DNA of 64,000 bases from a virus (lineage: Duplodnaviria; Caudoviricetes). The stretch covers positions 1 to 64,000 of the IMG/VR virus record IMGVR_UViG_3300028797_000104. One strand, written 5' to 3'. The first letter of the stretch is position 1, and every line of letters begins with the position of its first letter. Both the position numbers and the translations under genes were made by a program. The notes beneath the pieces were generated by a model. It had not been told where the DNA came from, did no database searches, and saw only the letters and a program-made list of their open reading frames with translations. Below, in pieces: positions 48,560-59,463 of the stretch.

Positions 48560-49649
48560 ATGAAAGTTCGCGTTCGAAAACCAAATATTCTCGTTGGAGC
48601 GGACTTTTCTTAAATCACAATAGGAACCAAGGTTATTATGCCAATACAGTCAGGATAAAAATATGACGGATGCATATATGCAAGGAAAAGATTTATATGC
48701 AACTATTGCATCCGGAGTATATAAAAATAATTATTGGGATAATATGGAACATAGAGAAGATGGTACTCCAAATCCTGAAGGTAAGAAAAGACGAAGTAAT
48801 TGTAAGTCACTTTTGCTTGGAATTATCTACGGAAGAGGAGCAAATTCTATAGCTGAATAGATTGGTACAGATTTAGCAGGTGCTCAAAAAATTATCGATG
48901 ATTTTTATAATGGATTTCCAAAAGTAAAAGAATGGACTGATAAAACAGAAGCAGATGCTAAATAGAATGGATATGTGGAAGATCTATGGGGTCGCAGAAG
49001 AAGATTACCAGATATTCAACTTCCAAAATATACAATTAAAACTGATAATGAATCTTCCGATTTTAATCCTCTTTTATATTCAATGGGTAAATATTCATCG
49101 GAAAATTCTAAAATAATAAATGAATATAAGAAAAAATTAGAATCAATTAAATCTAGAAAAGATTATAATATCATTAAGGAAGAAGCAGAAAAAAATCATG
49201 TGCATATAACAGATAATGGTGGATTCATTGCATAGGCTCAAAGACAATGTGTAAATGCAAGAATTCAAGGAGGGGCAGCCTCTATGTCTAAACTTGCCAT
49301 GAGAAAAGTTTTTGATAATCAAGAATTAAGAGATTTAGGATTTAAGATTCTATTACAAATTCATGATGAATTAATTGGAGAATGTCCAAAAGAAAATGCC
49401 GATAAGGTAGCAGAAATCTTAACGTCGGTAATGAAAGAAAGTGCAAAACCAGTAGTTCAAGTTCCATTTAAATGCGATGCTACTATAGAAACACATTGGT
49501 ACGAATCCGATTATTCTGATGTTTTAAATAATGAATATTAGAAATTATTAAAAACAAAAAACGAAAAAGATGCATTTAATGATATTTATAATGAACATCA
49601 AGAATTAACTGAAAATCAATTGAAAAAGATTTTAAATATAGTTGATTAA
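48560..49649 (+). CDS. polA: DNA polymerase A, C-terminal piece, with a 7-nt discontinuity in motif A
   Basis: MKVRVRKPNILVGADFS, then TAAATCA, then QQEPR...KSLLLGIIYG...NARIQG...QIHDE. Confidence 0.82.
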
Positions 49650-49670
49650 AGAAAAAATTTGTTGTATACT
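49642..49670 (+). promoter_or_regulatory. Sigma70-type promoter of the que/dpd operon
   Basis: TTGATT-N17-TATACT, preceded by TAG. Confidence 0.6.
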
Positions 49671-49675
49671 ATAAT

Positions 49676-49721
49676 AGTGAGGCAATGCGACAACCCTCAC
49701 TCTAATAAAAAAACTAAGGAG
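49676..49721 (+). promoter_or_regulatory. preQ1-I riboswitch-like leader with a variant loop
   Basis: Stem AGUGAGG/CCUCACU, 12-nt loop, and A-rich tail AUAAAAAAACUAA running into the SD; upstream of yhhQ-queC. Confidence 0.65.
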
Positions 49722-49732
49722 ATTTATTTATT

Positions 49733-50419
49733 ATGCCTAATGAAATTATTTTTATTATTGAATTGGTAGTATGTTTTTTAGCCTTAACCCTAATTAATAA
49801 ATTCTTAAATAAAGAGGGTCTTATTGCATGGATTGCAATTGCTTCTATTTTGGCAAATGTAATGACAGCAAAGACTTCGGATTTATTTGGAATTAGTTAT
49901 ACTTTAGGAACTATTCTATTTGCATCTACATTTTTAGCTACGGATATGATTACAGAAAGATTTGGTAAGGAAGATGCAAAAAAGGGCGTAATTATTGGAA
50001 TGGTTGGAACTCTTTCTTTTATCGTAGCCAGTCAAATTTGTCTTTGGTATAAACCAACTGATTTTGATTATGCAAATCCTTCGATGCAAACTCTATTTTC
50101 TCTGAATCTTAGAATCAGTATTTCTAGCGTAATTATGTATTTTATTGCTAATATGGTAGATGTTTATATTTATGATGCTCTTAAGAAGAAAATGAATAAT
50201 AAACATATGTGGCTTAGAAATAACGTAGCAACTATTATCTGTAATACTTTAGAAAACTTTTTCTTTATGTTTGGAGCCTTTTTTGGTATTTATGATAATA
50301 AAACTATTTTAATGATGGCTATTACCACTAGCTTAGTGGAAATCGTAGTTGGTTTGTGTGATACTCCTTTCCTTTATCTTTCAACTAAACTAACTAAGAA
50401 GGAGACTATTAATGAGTAA
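49733..50419 (+). CDS. yhhQ: Queuosine precursor transporter (YhhQ/DUF165)
   Basis: Hydrophobic protein; ILANVMTAK, FLATDMITERFG, MWLRNNVAT and DTPFLY. Confidence 0.9.
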   Translation: MPNEIIFIIELVVCFLALTLINKFLNKEGLIAWIAIASILANVMTAKTSDLFGISYTLGTILFASTFLATDMITERFGKEDAKKGVIIGMVGTLSFIVASQICLWYKPTDFDYANPSMQTLFSLNLRISISSVIMYFIANMVDVYIYDALKKKMNNKHMWLRNNVATIICNTLENFFFMFGAFFGIYDNKTILMMAITTSLVEIVVGLCDTPFLYLSTKLTKKETINE

Positions 50420-51113
50420 AGCATTTGTATTAAGTAGTGGTGGTCTTGATAGTACTACCTGTTTAGCTATGGCTATTGAAAAATATGGAGTAGAAAATGT
50501 AGTTACAGCATCTCTTTATTATGGACAAAAACACGATAAGGAATTGAAATGTGCTTAGGCTGTAGCTGATTATTATGGTGTTAGACATATTGAGGAAGAT
50601 ATATCTAATGTAATGAAATATGCAAGTGATGTATGTACTCTGGTTAAGGGTGGAAAAAACATTGAACATGCTTCATATGAAGAGCAAATTAAACATACTA
50701 GTAATGGTAGAGTTGCAACTTATGTGCCTTTCAGAAATGGTTTATTTTTAAGTATTGCTGCCGCATATGCTGATAGTATTTTTCCTAATGAAAAAGTAGA
50801 AATTTACTATGGAGCTCATGCAGATGATGCAGCAGGAAATGCTTATGCTGATTGTACACCAGAGTTTGCAGAAGCTATGAATCATGCAATTTCATTAGGA
50901 ACCTATGGAAATATTACGGTATGTAGACCTTTAATTAATTGGAATAAAGCTCAAGTAGTTAAAGAAGGTCTTAGATTAAAGGTACCATATGAACTTACTT
51001 GGAGTTGTTATGAAGGTGGAGATAAACAGTGTGGGACCTGTGGTACCTGCATTGATAGAAAAAAAGCATTTTTAGAAAATGGGGTAATTGATCCCGTCCC
51101 ATATGAGGTATAA
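50412..51113 (+). CDS. queC: 7-cyano-7-deazaguanine synthase
   Basis: SSGGLDS, YGQKH, TYVPFRNG and TWSCY...CGTCGTC. Confidence 0.95.
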
Positions 51114-51115
51114 TA

Positions 51116-51562
51116 ATGTATCAAATTGAAACAACTATTTCTTTTGAAGCTGCTCATAGATTATATGGAATTGATACTTATTCAAAAGAATGTTCTGATT
51201 CCATACATGGTCATAGTTATAAAGTAACTGTTTATTTAAGTAGATCAGAAATAACTACCTCTGGAATGGTCATTGATTTTAAATACCTTAAGAAGATCAT
51301 TAAAGAAACTATAGAAAATAAATATGATCATTCATTGATTCTTAGGGATATTGATCCATTGGTATCAGTTATTCAAACTCTTGCTCCAGAACAAAAATTA
51401 AATGTAGTTTCTGATAGCCCTACCGCTGAATGGATGGCTATGACTTTTTATTATGAACTATTTCATAAAATTAAAGAGATAGATGAATGGGTAGATATTG
51501 TAATGGTATCTGTACAAGAAACCGAAAATAATATTGCTACCTATTTTGAAGGAGAATATTGA
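51116..51562 (+). CDS. queD: 6-carboxytetrahydropterin synthase
   Basis: FEAAHRL, C..IHGHSY, GMVIDF and PTAE. Confidence 0.93.
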   Translation: MYQIETTISFEAAHRLYGIDTYSKECSDSIHGHSYKVTVYLSRSEITTSGMVIDFKYLKKIIKETIENKYDHSLILRDIDPLVSVIQTLAPEQKLNVVSDSPTAEWMAMTFYYELFHKIKEIDEWVDIVMVSVQETENNIATYFEGEY

Positions 51563-52272
51563 TGATTCCAGTAGCCGAAATATTTGGTCCAACTATTTAG
51601 GGAGAAGGACCGGATGTAGGATTAAAGAGTATTTTTGTAAGAGTAGCTGGATGCGATTTTGCTTGTTCTTGGTGCGATAGTAAATTTGCTTGGAACGTTA
51701 AAAATGCGGTTAAATATGAAGAATAGCAATTACTCGATCTTCTTTTAAATAAATGTAAAGAAACAAATTGCAATTCGGTAATTTTAACTGGAGGAAATCC
51801 TTGTTTATATACTTTTGGTAAAATAGTATATAATTTATCTCTTTCTAATATTTAGGTTGGAGTTGAGACGTAGGGTAGTTATTTTCCTGAATGGCTTGAA
51901 TATATAACTACTTTAGTCCTTAGTCCTAAGGCTCCTTCTAGTGGGCAGCCCGACGTAATGAATAACATTAAAAATTATATCTATTCCAGTTCTTTGCCTC
52001 CCATGATCGCTTTAAAGATTCCAGTTTTTAATGATGAAGATTTCAATTTTGCGTAGAAATATTATGATAAATTTTAGGATTGTTTAAGTCCTTCTTTTAG
52101 ATTTTATTTAAGCGTAGGAAATGATGATACTAAAGAAGATGGAGATATTTCTAAAAGAATTTTAAAGTCTTATGAATGGTTAATTAATAAAGTTGCTGAA
52201 TCTTCTATGAATAAAGTTTATGTTCTTCCTCAAATTCATACATTAGTTTGGGGAAATAAATAGGGAGTATAA
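51562..52272 (+). CDS. queE: 7-carboxy-7-deazaguanine synthase (radical SAM)
   Basis: EIFGPTI(TAG=Q)[28 protein letters not shown] and PQIH. Confidence 0.93.
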
Positions 52273-52273
52273 A

Positions 52274-52879
52274 ATGTTTAATGAAAAGAAATGTGAAAAA
52301 GCAATAAAATTACTTTTAGAATCTTTTGGGGAAGATGTTAATAGAGCTGGATTAATTGAAACTCCAAGAAGAGTTGTAGGATACTGGAAAGAATTACTTG
52401 AAGGTACTCAATATACTAATTTATAGATTGCTAATAAATTCAATAAGAATTTTGAAGTTGGATATGATCCTATTGTAACTATTTACTAGGATGGTATTTT
52501 TAGTCATTGTGAACATCATTTAGCTTTAATGTATGATGGTTCTGCAATAATTGGATACATTCCAATTAAAAATGAGGATGATACATATAAAGTTCTTGGT
52601 TTAAGTAAAATTTATCGTATTGTAGATTTATGTGCAAAAAGGTTGCAACTTCAAGAAAAATTGGCATCAGATATTGCAGAATGTATTTCTTTAGCAACTG
52701 GATCTACATAGGTTTACGTTAATTTAAATATGAAACATGGTTGTGTTAGTGCTCGAGGAATTAAATCTTCTGGATGTACCAACGTTACTTTTATGACGAA
52801 AGAGTTAAGAAAAAATATTGGCGCAAGAGAAGAATTTGAAAAGAAAGCCATGGAACTTATATTGAGGAATCAAAAATGA
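52274..52879 (+). CDS. folE: GTP cyclohydrolase I
   Basis: ETPRRV, SHCEHH, GLSKIYR, RLQLQE and HGCVSARG. Confidence 0.93.
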
Positions 52880-53553
52880 AAATTTTAGTGATTACTTCAT
52901 GTACCGCAAAAAAGAAATATGAATATACCGATAAAACAATATGCCCCGCGATAGAAATGTATCAAGGGGCATAGCATCTATTAATTAAAGAAGGATATTT
53001 AAATTATTTAAAATCTTATGATAATTTAGATATGATTATTATTTCGGCAGGTTATGGAGTTATTAAACCTAATACCCCTATTCATTCATATAATACTTCT
53101 TTTAACGATATGAATGAAACGGAAATTAAAAATCATAGCATAAATCTTCATATTACAGAAGATTTAAATAAAATTTTGCCGGAATATGATATTATATTTT
53201 TATGCTTAGGATTAAATTATTTAAAAAGTATAGATTTTTCTAAATTAGATATTTCGCAAAATTAGAAATTTTTTATTTTTTCTAGTTTTGATAATTATAA
53301 ATAGTTGACTTATTTACGATCATATCATATAATTAATTCGGGAAAACAGGAAGCAATTGATTATTCTTATGGTATTATAGGGTTAAAAGGATACTTATTT
53401 AAGCTTCTTTGTAATGAATTCGTTAAGGATAAGGATTTATTAAATTCATTATATCGAAATCCAGAATTAGTAGACGATATATTAGAAAAATATAAAGGAA
53501 TCCGAAAGAATTACCAAAATCCATTAGGATATAAAAAAATAGAATTATTTTAA
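52876..53553 (+). CDS. DUF6884/YaaA-like protein in the deazaguanine cluster
   Basis: ITSCTAKK, PAIEMYQG and IISAGYG motifs. Confidence 0.7.
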
Positions 53554-53565
53554 GGAGAATAGCTA

Positions 53566-53904
53566 ATGTATTCAGAATATAGTTTTCCGAATAAATATGG
53601 AATTAGTAAAATTACTTTAACTAAAAAGATTCATTGTTATTGTAGGTTAGGTGGAGATTGGTATACTAATCAACTAGAGATTAGTTTTAAACCTGGAGCT
53701 GAAATTCCAGATTATGTATATTTGGATAAAGCTATTGAAGAAAGATGTGAAAAGCAAAATTTAATTATCGAAGAAGTAATTAATAATATTTCAAATATTA
53801 TTTTGGAACAATGTCCTTCTGCTACCAATCTTCATATTACTTCTTATGTAGATGATAGTGTTCCTAAGAACATGTTCGTAAAGGTAGAAAAATATGAACT
53901 TTGA
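53566..53904 (+). CDS. QueF-like T-fold protein
   Basis: CYCRLGGD..TNQLEISFKP...IIEE pattern, size and context. Confidence 0.6.
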   Translation: MYSEYSFPNKYGISKITLTKKIHCYCRLGGDWYTNQLEISFKPGAEIPDYVYLDKAIEERCEKQNLIIEEVINNISNIILEQCPSATNLHITSYVDDSVPKNMFVKVEKYEL

Positions 53905-54823
53905 TTTTTATTTTACTGGAATATCTTTGGATGAAGAATTCGAATTTCTTTTAGATAATAATGGATGCGTACTATTATCTTAGTTAAATCAAAGAAAAGA
54001 TATATTAACTTGGATAGATAAAATTAAAAGTAAAAATGTAAAATGTAAATTATTTATTGATAGTGGAGCCTTTAGTGCTTGGACTAAAGGAGTCTCTATC
54101 AATGTAGATGACTATATTAATTTTATTAATCAGTATTAGGAATATTTTACTGTGTATGCTTCTGTAGATAATATTCCAGGAGAACCAAAAGCATCGAATA
54201 CCGCTACACAAAAAGAAGTGGATGAATCCGCAGATAAAACTTGGTAGAATTTTTTATATATGAGATCTAAAGTAAATAATCCAGATAAATTGCTTTGTAC
54301 TTTTCATTGCGGAGAATCTTTTGATCATTTAATTAATATTTTAGAGTATTCAGATGAACATGGTCCAATTAAATACCTTGGTTTAGGTGGTATGGTTGGT
54401 AAATCTGATTTTGTTCTAAAAGGATTTTTAATGAAATGTTTTGATATTATTTCTAAAAGTTCTAATCCTAATATTAAAGTTCATGCTTTTGGAATGACTA
54501 AATATGATTATTTAAATCAATTTTATTTTACTTCAACTGATTCGACTACTTGGTTAATGACTGCTTCCTATGGTAATATTATTATTGATACTAAACCCGT
54601 ATATATTAGCGATCATGGATTACTCGACAATGATAATATTATAAATAAAAATTCTGCTATAAAAATGGAATTTGAAAATAAATTAAAAAAATATGGTTAT
54701 ACTTTAGATGAGTTGGTTGGAGATTATAAAAAAAGAAGATTATTTAATCTAAAAAGTTTATGGGAATGGGCAAATCAATATAATCCACCTAAAAAGATTG
54801 GAACAAAAATAGAATTATTTTAA
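53894..54823 (+). CDS. dpdA: DNA-guanine transglycosylase (DpdA/TGT family)
   Basis: LFIDSGAFS, SVDNIPG, GLGGMV, KVHAFG and STDSTTW; ends the que operon. Confidence 0.8.
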
Positions 54824-54840
54824 GATAAAAGGAGATACTT

Positions 54841-55959
54841 ATGATTTTAAAGGTAGAAGATTTAAAGAATTTAGCTTAGACTATTCTTCCTGCAGTAGAA
54901 TCGACTGATCTAACTGCCTTGCCAGAAACATTGGAATTAGTTGCTAAAAACGGTATTCTTAATTTTAGCGTTACTAATAAAGAATATCTTCTTGATGTTG
55001 CAATGACTATTGATTATGAAGAAGATTTTGAAGCAACTGTAAATGCTACTTTATTTTTAAAATTAATTTCATCTACAACTACGGATACAGTAGAAATTAA
55101 TGTAAAAGATAATTTTTTAATTATTAAAGGAAATGGATCTTATAAATTACCTTTAATTTTTGAAAATAATACCTTATTTAAAATTCCTAGAATTAATATT
55201 GAAAGTATTGATACTGAATTTGATATTGAAGGAGATATTTTATTTAGTATATTGAAATATAATACTAGGTAGCTATCTACTGGTATTCTTTCGCGACCAG
55301 TTCAAAAAATGTATTATATGGATGAAAAAGGAGCCATTACTTTTACTTCAGGAGCTTGTGTAAATAAATTTGATCTTCCTTCTAAAGTTAAACTTTTATT
55401 TAATCAAAGATTGGTTAAATTATTTAAATTATTTAAAGGAGTAAAAACTCATTTAGTTATTGGAAGTACTAAAATTAGCGAAGAGATTACTCAAACCAAA
55501 ATTAGATTCGAAGCAAATAATATTAAATTGACTGCTATTCTTTCTGGAGACGAAGGAATGATTAAATCCATTCCAGCAGAAGCAATTAGAAATAGAGCGT
55601 ATAATCAATATATTTATTCAGTTAATGTTAATACTAATCAATTTAATGATGCTCTAAATAGAATTAAATTATTTGTAGGAGGAGCTAAACTTTTAATTCC
55701 ATATATTAAATTAACATTTAATTCTGATGGGATTATTGTTTCCGATATTGATTCTAAAAATATAGAAGTTATTAAATATAGTTCTGTTCCAAGTAATTTT
55801 ACCGATGATTATGTTTTAATTGTAGATTTAAATGAATTGCAAGCAGTATTGGATACTTGTACGGAATCCGATTTAACTTTTAATTTTGGAGATAAGCAAT
55901 GTTTAGTAATAAGTAGGGTATCCATTAAAAATATTATTCCGGAAGTAAGTATGGATTAA
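54841..55959 (+). CDS. dnaN: DNA polymerase III beta-type sliding clamp
   Basis: 372 aa with a three-domain clamp-like pattern; phage-encoded DnaX, HolA and HolB nearby. Confidence 0.75.
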
Positions 55960-56426
55960 TGGCAAAGAATAGAGGAAAGTAGTTTGAATCTAAATTTAAA
56001 GAAGATTTTTTAAAAACCGTTCCGAATTCAACTATTGATAGATTATATGATGTGGTTACTGGATATAAAGCAATAACTCAAGTAAGTGATTTTATAGGTT
56101 ATTCAAAACCTTGTATATTTTATTTAGAATGTAAATCTCATGGAGGAGCATCTATTCCATTTATTAATATCACTTAGTATGAAAAGTTATTACCAAAAGT
56201 TGGAATACCAGGAGTAAGATGTGGAATAATTTTATGGTTAACTGAAAAAGATAAGGTGTTTTATATTCCAGTAAGCACAATAAAGACAATGAAAGAAAAC
56301 GGAGAGAAGTCAGTAGGTATTAGATCTTTAAATGATTATAGAATCATTGAAATACCTTCAGTAAAGAAAAGAGCATTTTTAGATTCAGATTATTCAGTAT
56401 TATTAAATCTGGAGGATGGAGATTAA
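55959..56426 (+). CDS. recU: RecU-like Holliday junction resolvase
   Basis: NRGKQFE, SDFIG and LECKS. Confidence 0.8.
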
Positions 56427-56995
56427 TGAAAGCAACATTCTTAGATATATATGATAAAAAAGAAGTAAAAAATATACAAAATAATCTCGAAGAGAAAGCA
56501 GAATATTTTAATACTATTTGTGATGATATTGTAACAAAGTATGCAGGAGATCTTGATAATTTAATGAAGTGGATATATAGTGCAATTATTCAACCTGATA
56601 TTCCTGCAGATAGCGACGTATTAGAAAAGGCATTTCTTGAATTATCAAATTGTGTATATTTTACTTATGAGAATCTTGAGCATGTAGGAGTATTTGATGC
56701 ATTAAGTAAAGCAACATATAAAGAAGTTTATAATGATGCTTATACTAAAAATATAGAAAAAGACGGAGAAAAGCGAAATAAAAAGACCGTTGCTGAATTA
56801 ACTGCAATAGCAGAAACAGAATCAAAATATGAGAGCGTTTTAAACGATATATATTCAGCAGCATATACAATTATTAAAAATAAAATTTCAGCTGCTCAGA
56901 CAATGATTGCAACTCTTAGTAAAATTCTCTCAAAGAGAATGCAGGAAGATAATACAATGGGATCAACGAGACAAAGATTAGTCGAGGAGTATTAA
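56426..56995 (+). CDS. Helical protein, possibly a UvsY-like recombination mediator
   Basis: Intact helical ORF coupled to recA. The function is inferred. Confidence 0.5.
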   Translation: MKATFLDIYDKKEVKNIQNNLEEKAEYFNTICDDIVTKYAGDLDNLMKWIYSAIIQPDIPADSDVLEKAFLELSNCVYFTYENLEHVGVFDALSKATYKEVYNDAYTKNIEKDGEKRNKKTVAELTAIAETESKYESVLNDIYSAAYTIIKNKISAAQTMIATLSKILSKRMQEDNTMGSTRQRLVEEY

Positions 56996-58212
56996 TGGCA
57001 GATAGTTTAACTGATGTATTAAAAAAGATAAAGAAACAATACGGGGATTCGGTCGTTAAAGTTGGGGTAGATGCATTAGAATTGGATGGAGTATTATCTC
57101 TTGGATCTCCATCATTTGATTTTTGTGTTTATGGAGGAGTTCCAGAAGGACGAATCATCGAATTAAGTGGGTAGGAAGGCTCAGGTAAAACTACAACAGC
57201 ATTTTTAATTGCTGCTTCTTATCAACGCAAAGAATTAGAAAGACATCCAATAGGAGTTGAATGGACTGATAATACTGGAATTGTTAGAAAAGGTCCAAGA
57301 TCAATAATTCTTTTAGATAATGAAGGTACAGCAGATCCGGCATGGGCTATTAAGCTCGGTTATAATATGAATGAAGATGCAGATGTTCCAACTATAATTA
57401 TTAGACCAGAAGCTCAATCAGCAGAAGAAATTTTTGATATGGCTCTTGATATGTTAAAAACTGGAGAAGTTGGACTTCTGATTTTTGATAGTATAGCAAC
57501 ACTTGTTCCATAGCAAATTGCAGATGAATCTATGGAAAAGCAATAGATGGGTGGTATTGCAAAAGCATTAACAAGATTTGCAAATACTGCTATTGGATTA
57601 TTAAGAAAATATAAAGCTACATTAGTTGCAATTAATCAGGTTCGAGATAATATGACCGGTTATGGAGATGCATTAACTACTCCAGGCGGACGTTCATGGA
57701 AACATGCTTGTTCAATGCGATTAATGTTTAAGCGTGGAGAGTTTTTTGATGAAGATGGAAATACATTAACAAAATCAGCTCAATCTCCTGCGGGTCATGT
57801 AATTGAAGTTTATGTATTGAAAACTAAGGTTTGTAAATGGGATAGAAAACTTGGATATCTACATTTAAATTATACAAAAGGCGTAGATGTAATTCAGGAT
57901 ACTATTGATGTTGCAACACATCTTGGATTTATTGATAATTCTGTTTAGGGTTCATTCAAATTACTTGATCCCGATACAGGGGAATTAATCTGCGATGAAA
58001 ATGGAGATCCAATAAAAATTCGTGGTAAAAGAAATGTTGGCATTTATTTTAAAGATCATATGAGTATCTGGAGATAGATTTATGATAAATGCTATGAAAA
58101 ATTAAGTAGAAAAGAAGAAGATAATATAGTCAGTTTTGAACAAATGCTAAATATAAATCTCAATGAAAAATTAGGAATTGATATAGAAGAATCAAATTTG
58201 GAGGAACTATAA
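56995..58212 (+). CDS. recA: RecA/UvsX recombinase
   Basis: GGVPEGRIIELSGQEGSGKTT, IFDSIA, INQVR and TPGG. Confidence 0.95.
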
Positions 58213-58442
58213 TGAGTTTATTTGATATGTTTATTGATCTCGATCTATGCATTAATCGTGATGTAGTAATTTGGGGAATTGATGATGATAAAGAAGATTG
58301 GGAAGAATTATACGAAGGACCAGTTTCTGAGGTACCTCTTTGGGTTTTGATTTGTCCTTTTATTTCTATGTTTATTGCAGATAATGATCCAGAAATTCTT
58401 CATTTTTCCATAATGTTTGATTTGCCAGATGACGAAGAATAA
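58212..58442 (+). CDS. Small acidic hypothetical protein
   Basis: SD GGAGG; translationally coupled to recA. Confidence 0.65.
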   Translation: MSLFDMFIDLDLCINRDVVIWGIDDDKEDWEELYEGPVSEVPLWVLICPFISMFIADNDPEILHFSIMFDLPDDEE

Positions 58443-58788
58443 GGATTCTACAAGATTTGCATCAGAAACTCAAGAACAAAGAATTGCTAAAAAATTTGAA
58501 GGATAGATTCAATTAAATTCAGGAGCAGGTAAGTTTTCAAAAGGAGATGTAATTATACCAGATATTGGTATGCAAATTGAATGTAAAACTTGTATGACTC
58601 CAAAAGAATCATTTTCAATTAAGAAGGAGTGGCTAGAGAAATAGATTTAGGAATCTTTTGCTATGAGATATTCTAATCATTCTCTAGCTTTTAATTTTTA
58701 TTTTGAAGATAAGAAAGATTATTATATAATTGATGATAAACTGATGCAATTTCTTATTGAAAAATTACGTGAGGAAAATGATAGTTGA
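58429..58788 (+). CDS. PD-(D/E)xK resolvase-like nuclease
   Basis: QEQRIAK..NSGAG..KGDV..IECKT. Confidence 0.75.
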
Positions 58789-58813
58789 CTATTTTGAAAA
58801 GATATTATATAAT
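58785..58813 (+). promoter_or_regulatory. Sigma70-type promoter
   Basis: TTGACT-N17-TATAAT, preceded by TAG. Confidence 0.75.
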
Positions 58814-58842
58814 ATAATATGAATATAGATAAGGAGATAAAA

Positions 58843-59463
58843 ATGGATAACGTAGATAAAAATAAAGAAGAATATATTTCTGCAATTAATTTAATCACTC
58901 GTCCGTTTGATAAGGATGAATTGATTAAAATGCTAAACGAAACAGATTTTTTTGATGCTCCTGCAAGTCGTAGATATCATAATTCGTATAAAGGTGGATT
59001 ATGCGAGCATAGTTTAAATGTTTGGAAAAGATTAATTGATTTGAATAATATTATGGAAACTAATTTAGATCCAAATAGTATGGCTATTGTCGCATTATGT
59101 CATGATTATGCAAAGATAAATTATTATACGCTTGGTTATAGAAATGAAAAGGTTTATGGAGAAAATGGAAGCAAATCAGATACTCTTGGGAAATATGATT
59201 GGGTTTCTGTTCCTTCTTATAATATTAGAGATGTAAAAGATAGATTTATTTATGGAAATCATGAAGCTACATCTGAAGCAATCACTAGAATGTATATACC
59301 ATTGACATTAGAGGAATCAGCAGCTATTTTAAATCATCATGCTGGAATGAGTGCGGATAGTGCAAAGAATAATATTGGAGAGATTTATACAAAGAACACT
59401 TTAGCATTAATGCTTCATTTAGCAGATATGCTTTGTTCTTTTGTAGATGAAGTTCGTGAATAA
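58843..59463 (+). CDS. HD-domain phosphohydrolase
   Basis: APASRRYH..GGLCEHS, LCHD, HH and LHLAD. Confidence 0.88.
   Translation: MDNVDKNKEEYISAINLITRPFDKDELIKMLNETDFFDAPASRRYHNSYKGGLCEHSLNVWKRLIDLNNIMETNLDPNSMAIVALCHDYAKINYYTLGYRNEKVYGENGSKSDTLGKYDWVSVPSYNIRDVKDRFIYGNHEATSEAITRMYIPLTLEESAAILNHHAGMSADSAKNNIGEIYTKNTLALMLHLADMLCSFVDEVRE

Noticed and set aside
48350-48600. Functional split intein in polA
   Set aside because: The N-terminal nucleophile block and the C-terminal His-Asn/+1 nucleophile are missing, so it is kept only as a degenerate remnant.
48611-48617. Self-splicing micro-intron
   Set aside because: Seven nucleotides cannot hold a catalytic core, and no register ends in the required G.
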